Assembly (NCBI GenBank): GCA_051362555.1
Contig: CM120647.1
Coordinates: 5,890,001 to 5,954,000, forward strand
Direction: 5' to 3'
DNA: 64,000 bases
Source: Lingula anatina
Taxonomy: Eukaryota > Animalia > Brachiopoda
In this document: piece by piece, positions 23,596 to 35,020 of the stretch
Layout of the letters: every line of letters starts with the position of its first letter
How positions within the stretch are numbered: position 1 is the first letter of the stretch
Translations under genes and position numbers: made by a program
The notes under the pieces: generated by a model
Told to the model about the DNA's origin: nothing
Database searches by the model: none
Seen by the model: the letters and a program-made list of their open reading frames with translations, nothing else

Positions 23596-26101
23596 AATAA
23601 TAATGTTTATTGAGAAATCACAATTTTCACATATTTGACTATATACATCATATTTGACATTATAATAAAGATTTTGCCATACTCATAATATGAAGTTATT
23701 TTCCAAGTTTTTGTCAGTGTGTAGAGCTGCTTGAGATTTTAATAATTATAATTATGATGAATTATTGCTTTTATTATTATTGTTAACTCTGCTAACTAGG
23801 ACTGGATTCAAAAGAAAAAGATGAAGGTTAGCTTGCATAAAATACTCTGTATTCCAGTGTTATTTTAGAATACTTAAGAAATAAAAGAAAAAAGTCACTG
23901 TGATGATACACAAGAGAAATCAAGCATAGGCCTTGGAACTAAAAGTAAGGTATTAGATGTGACATTAAGGCTGTTTAAATAGTGTCATTGACACTTTTGT
24001 AATTATTTTTTTACATTTATGAATTTTTTAAATTATTTTAGAAATGGATGAGGTTTTTGTATGGAACATGGAAAGTTTGCAGTCCCAGCTTCCTATAGCT
24101 CCAGGTAGCCATGCTTGCTTCACCATCTTTATCCATGGGGTCAGCAACTTCATTTCCAAGGAGTCCACTGTGATAGATGGTGAGTTTGAGGGTAGTGTTG
24201 TAGACATTTTCATTTGAATTAAGACAAAAGGTTCTCTTTGTTAAGTATTTGTTGCAACTTCAACTGAGAAGTCAGTTTAACAATCCAAATTTTGTATTTT
24301 GTCAACTAGTTTAAATATGTCTGATTATGTTTGTAAAGAAAAAATAAAATTTTGATAAAGATCCTGTGTTTTATGTAGTAGAAAAGTGTAAATGGACAAA
24401 TGTTCAAATTTGTTGTGTTTTTATTAATTAAATTCTGAAATACTCCAGTGTATTTTCCCATATTAAAGGCAGTAATGTAGAATATGCCAAATGAAAAATA
24501 AGTAAATAAATAAAATGAATGAGTATATAAATGAGTAAAATTAAATAAATAAATAGGTACATGATTTAGAATTAGAATAACAATAGAGAAAAAACATAAA
24601 AACTTTGGTTTCATCCAGATAAATCTGCTCAACTTAGTCCCGCTCGACGGCCTCGCTCCACGGGTTTGTCAGACTTGTCTACTGTAGCCCTCAAGTCTTC
24701 CCAGTCTTGGAATGATCTGGTATTGGTGGACCACAGTGCAAAGGTGGGTGTCTGCTCTATCACATCTAACATAATATCACATTTCAAGTCTTCCCAGTCT
24801 TGGAATGATCTGGTATTGGTGGACCACAGTGCAAAGGTGGATGTCTCTTCTATCACATTATCACATCTAACATAATATCACATTTCAAGTCGTGTCTCCT
24901 CCACCTCATTATCACACCTAACATAATATCACATTATCCCACCTAATGGCGTATCACAGCCTAGCCCAACATCACATTGGTAGTTTGCTGATGCAGTTGA
25001 TGGCCACACCTGCTCCAATTTATCACAGTTTGTTAATGCTCACAACACAGCATCACATTTCACACTTGTCACAATTTAATCTAGCAAGGTCTTTTTCAGT
25101 TCCACAGTCAGTAAAATCAAGCCATAGGCCTGTTTAGAAATACAATACGCCCCAGATATAGCCTTCCATCGTTTAAATGCTATTACTTTTTGATTGTCCT
25201 GTAAATTAATATTAGACAATCTTTTTATTGCAAATATGTTCAAGTCCTCCCTATGCTTTGCAGTTGAATGAATTCTTTTTTAATTTGTTAATTTTGTTTA
25301 CATTTATTTGTAATTAAATTATTTATATGTTAACCAGATCATCCAGGCCACCTTCAAGTTCAAGTACAGCGGTGGTCCCGGTCTAGAGCGCGGTTTCTGC
25401 CGCCATTGCGTGGTACCCATGAACATCGCCATTCAACCCGCCGTGGTCATGAAGGCCTGGGACGTGGTGGCCGGAGACACCTGTGATACTTGTAAACTGG
25501 TCCTCGATGTCCAGAACACTACTGACCACTGGGCTGAGCTGACCACTGGAGATCTGGCCATGTCCTCTGATGACACAGTCCTGACCTCTGGGAAGACTCC
25601 TGTGACCCCTGGTGACCTTCCAATGACCTTTGGTGACCCTCCTGTGACCTCTGTTACACCAGGTGCAGTAACATTGGCAGAGAAAAAGACAAAAAGGTGA
25701 GACATGAGGACAGTACTAACAGGTTCTAATTTGAAACAGAAATTAATTATTTATAAATTGACAAATCTTTTCATGGGGAATTGTAATGTCAAAGGTATGT
25801 ATTGCACTGAAAACTTGGGCCACAATCCATAATTATTTTATATTATTTAAGTGCAATGTTAAAAACTTCAAAGGTTTAATTTTTACGGCCTGACATCCTC
25901 AAGATCAGCATACTTCATGTTATAATTTTATTGATGTTCATTCCTGAAGTGAATTAACCTGTCTGAAGAGATTTAACCTGAGTGTCATGCGCGCTAATCA
26001 GAGTTATCGTCCACATTCACCAACACTGTCTTGATCCGGTAAAAATTTAAAGTCAGGTATTAAGTGAAAGCTTGTTGTGATTTATTTATTTATTCATTCA
26101 C

Positions 26102-26140
<39 letters not shown>

Positions 26141-28210
26141 TTTTTTTATTTAACAGGATATGGATTCCTATCAGGAGGTGCAAAATACAAGAACTATATG
26201 ACATTCCATTAGAAAACGACAATGAAGACGTAGAAAGTAGTGAACCTGTTCACAGGCGACACAGAGACTCTTTATCGCACCATCTCCATGACGACGCAGA
26301 AGGATCAGACGTTGCAGAAAAGATACAGGAAGAGTGCCTTAAATATTTGTCTGAATTTGTGGACATTCGATGGAGTATCCCTCACCTACAGAAGTCTGGG
26401 AAGATTGCTGTGGATAAACTGCCGTGGAGTGATGCTCAGTTGGAGCTTGTGAGAGAGACTCCTATTCACTGGGGTAGGCATGATGAAATGAAAAAAGAAT
26501 AGAAAATTTAATTGAATTTAATTTAATGTTAAATGATTCAAATTAATTAAAGTAACTTAATGTGTTATATAAACATAAGAGAATTTAGAAAATTTATTTT
26601 GTGGTAAAAAATGTAGATTTTATTTACATCTGGAAACAGAGGAAAAATGTGCATGTCAATAAATGCTTTATCACATCCACTAGATAAAACTAAGATGTTA
26701 TTTTTGTTATATTTTCAGATATTTCTTTAAACAAAAGAGGTTACAGTGGGGAAGCACATCAGTTCAACACTGGGGAGCTGGTACAGCTAGACGTCAGCCT
26801 TACTTGTCACTCAGGTGAAACACCATTTTATAAAACAGAAATTAGACTCCAGTCCAAAGCTACTGACTAGTAAATTAATTTTCGTGTCAAATGTGTTTTT
26901 AAAACGTAATGAATCTGATTTGGCTAGTGGAAATTTGACAGTGTCTCCTGATAAATTCTCTCTCTCTCTCCGGATTAATGTTTTGCAATTTATAATATTA
27001 TTGAGAGGGGGCGTCTCGATAGTCCGAAGGTTCATTGGTCCGAAGGTCCTAAAAAATGTAACATTTTCATCGTTTTTTTAATCAAGGGTTCATTGGTCCG
27101 AAGGTTCTGTAATGAACATTCGGACCAATGAACCTTCGGACAATTGAACCTTTGGACTATTGCTACGGCCCCATTGAGAGCAGTTAGTTTTCTGAATTCC
27201 TTTTGTCCCAGTGGCTATAGTGACTATAGTGGTGTGTATAGGACCCGAAAAGTTGTTTTAAAACACAGAATTACTTTTCAGCAGTATTCTCTACACATAA
27301 AGACAGGAAAGTTAAATTGATTGCAGTCAATCACTCCCCCTAGTGAGAATTGCTCACAGGTCAACCAACTCCTAAAGACTTGTAGTTATTCAGCCTGATA
27401 ATGCTCTTGTGAATGGAGCTAAATGTAGTTATTTTGTAAATATGGTTCCAAAGTTAGTAATTATCATCACAGAATGTTATTAAATAATTATTTGTGAGAT
27501 AAGATTTATTCTCATTCTTACAGTAGCTGATTCAGAAGGTAAATTGTTTGATTTAACTTAAGTTTCAAATAATATTTTCCAGATTTCCCTATCCCAGAAT
27601 GCACTCTATCAGTACAGTGCCACAGGAAGTACAATCCAGACTTGTCATGTGATCGTCATGTGACTATAACAGGACAGTCTTGTAAAAATACACCTGAGGT
27701 TTGTTCATTTGTTTTGATGCATGTTTTCGCAAATGTGATCAATTTTTTTTGTTATTTTCTTTTTTATACATTTATATGTCCATTTTGTAGTTAAAAAAAA
27801 AATTACAAGTAATTTTTTTTTCAAAAATGATAATGGAACATGTTGACTATTTGTTTTGTATTATTTGTTTATTATTATTATTTCTTACTATTTTCTTACT
27901 TATTATTATTTCTTGCAATAAATTTTCGTCCATATAAATTATGTGCTTTCATTGACTACCTTTCTTAATTTTGTGAAAAACTGATTTTTATCCTGTACAA
28001 TTTCAGCTCGGCAGTGGAAGCACATTCCGCCACACGTGTCACCTGACTTTTTACCATACGGGCCAGTACGTGCTGGATATCACATGCACAGAACTCACGA
28101 GTAACGTGCAGGAGAATGCATGCACATGGACGTGCTCCCCTGAAGTCAGCATAGATATCACAGACTCGGAATCAGTTTTATTATTTGACTCATCGGGTCA
28201 TGTGAAGTGA
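2870..28210 (+). CDS. TRAPPC9: Trafficking protein particle complex subunit 9 (TRAPPII; NIBP/brunelleschi), ~1388 aa, 23 coding exons
   Basis: The N-terminus [14 protein letters not shown]...[16 protein letters not shown] and the motifs [54 protein letters not shown] and FKYSGGPG match TRAPPC9 as I recall it. Hand-built exons, all GT-AG and in phase: 2870-3100, 3521-4288, 4709-4842, 11425-11570, 11964-12098, 12533-12651, 13118-13186, 16705-16776, 17346-17544, 17916-18009, 18836-19012, 19354-19511, 19820-19905, 20327-20453, 20776-20983, 23338-23426, 24042-24179, 24619-24743, 25338-25696, 26157-26473, 26719-26814, 27583-27698, 28007-28210 (TGA). The total is 4167 nt, divisible by 3. Confidence 0.95.
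6170..6274 (+). CDS. Candidate alternative (cassette) coding exon of TRAPPC9, 35 aa
   Basis: ttttaatcag| ... cagaa|gtatgt. It is 105 nt, symmetric phase 2-2, and open in the frame set by the flanking exons ([34 protein letters not shown]). Confidence 0.5.
7335..7445. repeat. ~110-bp hairpin (about 50-bp imperfect stem) with a GCTTCGC/GCGAAGC apex; probably the end of a non-autonomous element
   Basis: gcgctgagctttacgcgaaatagagcagataattg ... caattatctgctctatttcgcataaagctcagcgc around ggcttcgcc (7386-7394). Confidence 0.7.
8115..8320. mobile_element. Degenerate palindromic MITE
   Basis: Imperfect inverted arms: gcattc..caagttgatccgcagactaacagatctgc / gcagatctgttagtccacaggtcaacttg..gaatgc. Confidence 0.5.
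8502..10749 (+). mobile_element. Non-autonomous Helentron/HINE (DINE-1-like) rolling-circle element carrying a 146-bp tandem array
   Basis: 5' subTIR plus hairpin agtaccaccagcgtgtacgctggcggtact (8503-8532), then a GC-rich 9-bp microrepeat (ccggctccg), an internal satellite, a 3' subTIR gctggtggtac (10700-10710), a short palindrome ggaggtggtatcgcctct, and a terminal ctagtt. Confidence 0.75.
9305..10565. repeat. 146-bp tandem repeat, ~8.5 copies
   Basis: The unit marker catagttactattgaa (or a variant) occurs at 9318, 9464, 9610, 9756, 9902, 10048, 10194, 10340 and 10486, an exact 146-bp period. Confidence 0.95.
13845..14165 (+). promoter_or_regulatory. Tandem ~84-bp module (3 good + 1 degenerate copies) with an RFX X-box-like site and an inverted CCAAT (Y) box; probable promoter of the nested ORF
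   Basis: atcaccttggaGTCTCC(T/C)AGGTAACagatg at 13877, 13962 and 14045, with a degenerate copy near 14134. ATTGG occurs at 13851, 14019 and 14102. The module ends ~200 bp upstream of ATG 14373. Confidence 0.6.
14373..15920 (+). CDS. Nested intronless 515-aa hypothetical protein inside TRAPPC9 intron 13187-16704; helical N-terminal domain (possibly PADRE/SPILE-like) and a basic, disordered C-terminus
   Basis: A 1548-nt uninterrupted, non-repetitive ORF in AT-rich DNA. Start context is actATGg, and AATAAA lies at 15982. I see no TRAPPC9 similarity, no transposase or RT motifs, and no splice link to the host exons. Confidence 0.75.
   Translation: MAEERPEDICFNSLFMKCDTTKLRENGNASNLIADKFKQAIRNDIKIYEDSSAVVLEDLSPNEKNFVISDQCLSVPNCEPKLDLTRLDKLADTIENDSRRVSVPYTLISHHPALRMEAYQPIHEIVHERVIAWKNALHEELLRQVALGNEKCFKEAQLYRKDIQTIYKQFEIACSKKLSMCKKRLCTFFDLHKLQLINRTIKELDLEIPDPTTTNGDFALSARCKCQECSIGDDHNQEKPIKAGTSNDVKSTIDGRKCQEKPDPDLCEIAHSFMTGLNNCKSHKRKMPDTFEKDIKMTGGSKGDCLSETPKGTMVRRQSKRTQKYWARRPRCRRKLEKGINKKSGKAKMLFYDSAESVEHLKFSDGLKSEKCNSQHSIGEQSLPRRSKLRKIDVLSRSQGYNTDSSKDGTAVKTIDGVTHQDNTNGHSALIGYANGTEDVHKVFRPVPLRPYHLPLQWPFPQHHLVKNNFALSCHGENTIPQFLSASMDPIPFHTYPVPWSLYATSDNSLSSRLQ
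17975..18594 (+). repeat. 62-bp minisatellite, 10 copies, each containing the last 35 nt of a TRAPPC9 exon plus its 5' splice site
   Basis: gccaggaaactggggaatgtgcctctgattataag|gtacaggagggggg... at 17975, 18037, 18099, 18161 ... 18533. Confidence 0.95.
19170..19260. repeat. (TG)n microsatellite
   Basis: Seen directly. Confidence 0.9.
19913..20205. repeat. Compound (CT)n/(CA)n microsatellite region
   Basis: Seen directly. Confidence 0.9.
21060..22890 (-). mobile_element. Decayed, internally deleted DIRS/Ngaro-type tyrosine-recombinase retrotransposon
   Basis: Minus-strand order is gag-like ([11 protein letters not shown]...[11 protein letters not shown], 22695-22384), then the start of RT only ([16 protein letters not shown]...RLILDL, ~22110-21990). 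It then jumps to a tyrosine recombinase (GFIHFSEL...KRSKTD...[10 protein letters not shown] at 21923-21630; [11 protein letters not shown]...[10 protein letters not shown]...KDGYI at ~21530-21415). There are many stops and frameshifts, and the boundaries are approximate. Confidence 0.8.
24691..24890 (+). repeat. 93-bp tandem duplication of a TRAPPC9 exon 3' end and donor
   Basis: tcaagtcttcccagtcttggaatgatctggtattggtggaccacagtgcaaag|gtgg occurs at 24691 and 24784. Confidence 0.9.
27008..27172. mobile_element. MITE with GG termini, ~17-bp internal subrepeats and an 8-bp TSD (Merlin-like, tentative)
   Basis: ATTGAGAG at 27000-27007 and 27173-27180 flanks gggg...cccc. Inverted gtccgaaggttcattggtccgaa / ttcggaccaatgaaccttcggac subrepeats lie inside. 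Confidence 0.75.
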
Positions 28211-29660
28211 ATTTTCTCACCCTATAGTCAGACTTGTTCTTGTGATCAGCATCAGATTGGACGATATTAAGTGTTACTAATGGTCCACTTTAACACAGGA
28301 AGAAATAATAGGGCGCAGGCAGGTTTAAAATGGTTTCATGTGCTTGTCAAGGCAAAAGATGGGAGTTATGACACAGACAAAGGGGCATAGGCAGATTTAA
28401 GATGGTGGCAACTGTGGGTATGAGCAATTGGAAAGGCAATAGAAATATCGCGAGTTCGTTTTTATGTCCATTTGTTTATTTGGTGAAAGACTCCACTGAG
28501 ATATTGTGGAGGAATTCTCAATTTGCACCACTCTCTAGGATTACCCCTGGACTCTGTAACTAGAGAGTGGAGACTATTGGAGAATGAGAGAGTACATAGA
28601 TGTGTTGGGAGGTACCTGTCCCTGGTGGATCTCATATCGGAATCTAGATATGTTTGGTGCCTTGCATAGGCACTCTTAGTTGTTAGTTACAGTATGGTTA
28701 CTAGTCATTTTCATCTACCTTTGAATATTTTAAGACATACAATGAGCAAAAGACTTTTGTTAAGAAAATGATAAAATTTTCCAGGAAATTGCAACACATT
28801 TTTGGTATTCACCAGAGTAATCATTATCCAAAGAGGGTCAGATTTTCAAGTTTACATTGACGAGTATTCAAATTTTTTATGTTGGAAGATAGTCAAAATG
28901 GAGGATGGATCAACAAATATAATTTGGAAGACTGTCAGAAATTATGTCTGGATCCACCCCTTCAATCTATGAAGCAGTTTTTAAGTTTCAAGTCTCTTGT
29001 GTTCTATCACTCTGAGGCCCATTATATACTCTGGACAATCGTATTTTTAAAAAATTGAAAACAAAATTGGGCTTATAGATATCATTTTTGCAGCAGTCCT
29101 GTATAGGGGTTACCTTGGTGATAAATTTCTGAGATTTCAATTTTTTTTTTAATATAAAGGTGTCTTGTGGGTTGTATGTCTTTAACAAAGTGCAATTATT
29201 ATCTGATGTCATCTTGCTAAGAGCAGGAACTTCAGGTACTGAAGTTGTGTCAGGGATAGGGCTTTTTATTAATTTAGGACAGACAGAATTGATAAGTAGG
29301 TTAAGGATGAAATTTGTTTATGTTTTGATTGTATCATATAGTGCTGTATGAGCATAGAAACTTAACTGTAGGTCTGGGGTGTTTTTTTCTTTTTTTAATA
29401 AAAATATGCAGGAAGGAATTATGAAATCCACAATGCGGGTGACTTTTATGTTAAAAAAAACACTAGAGTGTAAAGGCTATTCCTGGGAGATCCCTTGTAA
29501 ATTTCTCCCACTTACCAAACCAAGAATCGTGCGCATTTTCTATTAAAAAAGACAGATGTGTAAAATAATCAGTTTTCTCAAAATTTGCAATGGTTGTCCT
29601 CATTATTTAACCTACTTATGAATTTGGTCTGGCCATGTTATTTTCTTATAATTTTAATTT

Positions 29661-32160
29661 TTATGTACAGACACAGATGTGTCTGTACATATTGCCATCA
29701 CCTGCGTCTGTCGTCGCCGTCGCCGATGCCGATGGCGATGCCGATGCCGATGCCGATGCCGATGCCGATGCCGATGCCGTCGCCGGCGCCGTGCACTTTC
29801 CTTGTAAACACGATAAGTGGAAGGCAGTTTCACTTTTTGGCTTTATATTTACAGAGCTGATGAATATTCATAAAACGCAGGTCAAGTTCGAAAATCAGCA
29901 TGATCGGGCCATTATTGTAGAAGTTATGCTGTTTTTTCACTTTTCAGCATATATGCAACCTTGTAAACACATTTCAAGGAAAACCGTTAGGCTTGTTGTC
30001 ACGAAACTCACAGGAGTAATCAATCTTACTAAAACGCAGGTCAAGTTGGAAAATCAGCATGATCTGGCCACTATTTTAGTAGTTATGCGGTTTTTTCATT
30101 GTTCAGCATATATGCAACACTGTAAACACAATATAAGAAAAACAGAAAGCCCAATTGTCATTAAACTCACAGGAATGATCAGTCTTACTAAAACGCAGGT
30201 TGAGTTCGAAAATCAGCATAATCGGGGCATTATTTTAGAAGTTATGCTGTTTTTTCACATTTCCTCAGATTTCCTCAGATTTAATTCTTAGGCATCTTAA
30301 AAGCCTTATTATTTAAGTAATAAGATACGTAAAAGTGTTTGTTTGACATTTCCTGCATCTTTACAACATTGTTAGTTGATTATATAAAAATGATGGTAAA
30401 CTTGTTATCATGTATTGTGTAATCAAGTGTCAAAAACGGAAATAAACTCATATCATTGCAGTTTGTCAGATTCAATCATCCACTATGTTCAGAATCTCAG
30501 AATGGAGGAAATTGGACATTTAACACTGTTCTATTGATACTTTTCTCATCTCATCAATTTTCTTAGTTGGTCATAAAAAAATGGCAGTAAAATGTTTATT
30601 TTGTTTTATGTTTAAAAAGTGTTAAAAACGGAAATAAACCCATGTCAGAACAGTGCTGTCTTGTTTCACATTTCCTCAGATTCAATTCTTAGGCATGTTA
30701 ACAGTCTCATTATTTAACTAATAAGACATGTTAAAGTGTTTGGTTGACATTTCCTGTATCTTTACAACATTATTAGTTGATTATGTAAAACTGAAGGTAA
30801 ACTTGTTATCATGTATTGTGTAATAAAGTTTCAAAAATGGAAATAAACTCATATCATTGCAGTTTGTCAGATGCAATCATTCACTATGTTTAGAATCTCA
30901 GAATGGAGGAAATTGGACATTTAACACTGTTGTATTTATATTTTTCCCATCTTATCAATTTTCTTAGTTGATCATATAAAGATGGCAATAACCTGTTAAT
31001 TTTGTTTTATGTTAAAAAAATTGTTAAAAATGGAAAAAAAAAACATTTCAGAACAGTGCTGTCTTGTTTACATTTTGGCATTTTCAAGTTGTGACTTTGA
31101 AGTTCCATATGGGCCTGAAGACCTTTGCTAGTCACATTTTCTGAATATCCATGATACTAATATTTTATTATTAAAATTGATGGTCATTATGCTGTTAAAC
31201 ATTATGTAATATTGCATCAAAATTTGAAAAAAAAACTATTTTGGGCACTGCTCCCATGATGACCATTTAAGAAAAACAATGTCACTTACTGTTCTCAAAC
31301 AGTACAGTAAATATGTACAGATGTGTCTGTACATATTGCCATCACCTGTATCTGCCGTCGCCGCCGTCACTGTCGCCGGCGCCGGCGCCGTGCACTTTCA
31401 TTGTAAACATGATAAGTGGAAGGCAGTTTTACTTTTTGGCTGTATGTTTACAGAGCTGATGAATATTCATAAAACGCAGGTCAAGTTCGAAAATCAGCAT
31501 GATCGGGCCATTTTAAGGGAAGTTATGCTGTTTTTTAACTTTTCAGCATATATGCAACACTGTTAACACATTTCAAGGAAAACTGATAGGCCTGTTGTCA
31601 TGAAACTCACAGGAGTAATCGATCTTATTATAACGCAGGTCAGGTTTGAAAATCGGCATGATCGGGCCACTGTTTTAGTAGTTATGCTTTTTTCTTCACT
31701 TTTCAGCATATATGCAACACAGTAAATACAATATAAGAAAAACAGATGGGCCAATTGTCATGAAACTCACAGGAGTGGTCATTCCTGCTAAAACGCAGGT
31801 TGAGTTCAAAAATCAGCTTAATCGGGCCATTATTTCAAAGAAATGCCGTTTTTTCACATTTCCTCAGATTCATTTCTTAGGCATGTTAACAGTTTCATTA
31901 TTTAATTAATAAGATACGTAAAAGTGTTTGTTTGGCATTTCCTGCATCTTTACAACATTATTAGTTGATTATGTAAAAATGATGGTAAACTTGTTATCGT
32001 GTATTGTGTAATAAAGTTTCAAAAATGGAAATAAACTCATATCATTGCAGTTTGTCAGATTCAGTCATTAAAATTTTGCATCAGAATTGACAGTAGCCTA
32101 TTTTGTGCATAGTTATTTCCTGTTTTTTGTCTGTACATTTGACAGCTTTGCTGCCTTGTT
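29661..32160 (+). mobile_element. Two head-to-tail copies (~29661-31310 and ~31311-32160) of a second HINE/Helentron-like family with 159-bp internal repeats
   Basis: 5' hairpin atgtacagacacagatgtgtctgtacat, a (GCCGAT)n microsatellite, 159-bp repeats (aaaacgcagg at 29872, 30031, 30190) and a ~410-bp internal duplication. The 3' end has a subTIR tgtctgtacat, a short hairpin and ttgtt near 32128-32160. Confidence 0.75.
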
Positions 32161-35020
32161 TCTAGGGGTGGGATGTAAAGTTGGTGAAGGGGTAAAGTTG
32201 TTATAAAGAGTAGAATATAAAACAGAAAATTTGTACATATTCATACATTGGTGATCAATACTTAAATGAGATTTATAATTATTTTGCAGCACATTGTCAT
32301 TTTCTGTTGTGGAAGATAGAAATTTCATGAACTGAGGTGAAAAAACTTTTTTTTTTTTGTAATTACCCTCAGAATCTGGACTGGAAAAGGTGACTGTGAA
32401 ATATGTAGGAGGTGTTCACAAACTGTTCACCCAAAAATGTGTCAGGTTGTTTTCAATCATATAAATGTCCTGGCCTTGCTCAATTCTGTAGCATAAAAAG
32501 CTGTGATGGATTAAAGCCAGACAGTGAGCATTTGACCTTTAATAAAAAAAAACTCAATTTTCCTGAAAAATCAACCCTTTTCCCTGAAACAGCAGGGTCT
32601 CTGTATCATTTTCATAGAATCTATCAAGCGGAATTTTTCTATTAAAGGTCTAATGCCCACTGTTTTTCTTTACCAATAGTAAAACCTTATTAATGTATGT
32701 AGTGGTATCATTTTCTTTGTAGATACTTAAAATTTAATGTATCATATAATAAAATGGCTAATTATTACAACTGATTTCCCAGTGTTATGGAATAGTGGAA
32801 AGTTACTGGCTTTTGAAAAAGATATCTTTATTTATTTAAATATATATTTTATTTATTTAAGTTGGATTTAAATATGGCGTACATTTTTACGAGATTTGCA
32901 GGTAGCATAACTACAAATTATACCAATAACCCTTTTTACAGGGGGATATATATATATATGTTAAAATTTGTAATTTACAAAAATTTAATAACTTGCCTAA
33001 ATAAAACGGACAATCATTTACATTATCTTTAAATGAAAGGGAACTAAGGATTTAGATTTACTCATAAATTAAATGTTTTCCATCTTTTAATTCTTCTACT
33101 ACAGTGACTTTATAAAAGATGTGCATTAGAAGCATATATTAGGATGATAAAACAACATATTGGTGATAATTAAAATATGAATTTATTGCACTTTATTTAA
33201 CCACCATTTTACATATTATTCAAATGATAATATCATGGAAAAAATAATTATGACTCTTCAATGAAAAATGATTCATGAAAATGAGAATTCAGTGTCACCA
33301 TAAAATGCAACATACAGCAAATTGCACCAAATATTAACATCCAACTTTAATAACATCACTATGTTTTCTAGGGTTTCACCATGAACACGTATGCACATTT
33401 TCATAATAATTAACTTTTCTGGTCATCTCCAAACTAAAGATCAGAATTATGCAATTAAAAGCACTTATAGGCATGGACATTTTAAGACAGAATTACAGTT
33501 CATCAACTGATAAACAACATGCATCTTAATAGAACCATCATAATGTGAAATATGATAACAATGACAGAATTGGGGGGGGGACAACGATCAAGTGTTAATG
33601 CCTCCTTCCCCCCCCCCCCCCTTACCAAATATGTTATGATAAATGTAACAAGATATAACCAATTCCTATGTCATGCATTTTCTGATCTAAGTGAGGCAAA
33701 ATATCTAATCCTTGCCCCCCCCCCCCCCCCCCCCCCTGCACACACACACACACACACACACCTCTTTTGGCATTTTTAGATTGTTATATTGATTCTTCTG
33801 GAAATGATAGTCAATATGGCACATAATTGGACAAATTAGATATTATATACTATGTTGGTTAGTCACCTAGATATATTTTACGTAGAAGCTTTGTAACCTA
33901 ATACTGGACTAATGATAAGTTGAAGTGACTTCAAGCCTGGATTACATTTACACAGGCGCTGTGTGACAAATTGTCCATACAAATTTTTTTAAATCGTAAG
34001 GAGCTGCAGGCTATGTCGAGTATGTCTACATTACATGGCCTTAAATCCCTACGGTTCGGTGCGAAATTGGCCACTGTCTACCACCGCCTAGATGTATGAA
34101 AAGGGTATTGCGAGCAGTATACGTGTACCGTACGGGCATCGCATTTCAAGTGTAATCTAGGCTTAACAAGACTGAGAGTATGTAGTTCCAAGTTACTAAT
34201 TTTTCAACAGACTAACTATGGAAGATACAGTCTTCAGGTATATCATAAATCCAGTTAGATTAAAAAATTTAATATATGGATTCAGTTTCTTCAAAATAAT
34301 ATTGGATCAGTTAAATGCAAAATTTGCACAATTATATATATTTACAATATCACAGTTATGATCTGATCCCTATGTCAAAGCATCAGTGCATATAAAATTA
34401 TGTATGAAAACACTTTTAAAGCATATCAAACGATCTATTAAATTTCCGAAATACGAAAAACTGGGTTTTGTTCTGAGCAATCAGTGGAAATTTAAAAAGT
34501 TTACCTTTCAATCTCCAAAACACAAACTTTGATTTAAAAGGGGTGGAAAATTGAGCACCCTTATCATTATAAAGGATTTAAAAAATTATTTAAAATTATT
34601 TTTAACATAATTCTACTTGATACATCATGCATATTTTGAAAAAAATTGAATGACACTTATTGTATTCGCCTTACGCGCATGAGACAAGTACCTTAAGTTC
34701 TGGATTTTGTTATTGCCAGCTCGATCCTGATTTCATATATAACCCACATCAGCAATACCGCACAGCTAAGTGACCATTCCCAGACCCTATTGTACTAACT
34801 GTGGATCGATCAATCTCTGAGGGGATTTCACTAAATTGAAATCAACTTAAGCGGCTTAAATGTCTGTCATGCCTACTGAAGCTGCTACGGGGTAATTAAT
34901 TGTTTTGCAGAATAGTTTCATTTTTAGTGCCCTGACACCCTGGGCAAAGACCAACAAAAAGGGGTAACCATGCATGGCAATTGCAATAAGTATTTTAGCA
35001 GATTTTTTTTTTTTTTTTAA

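Noticed and set aside
28526-28572. Hairpin ccactctctag...ctagagagtgg in the TRAPPC9 3' region as a SECIS or miRNA
   Set aside because: The stem is only 11 bp, there is no SECIS core arrangement, and TRAPPC9 has no in-frame UGA needing recoding. It is probably a MITE remnant.
29635-30291. 218-aa ORF with (DA)n and 53-aa repeats
   Set aside because: It arises from the (GCCGAT)n microsatellite and 159-bp (53-codon) repeats of the HINE-like element. The frame is broken in the other two copies.
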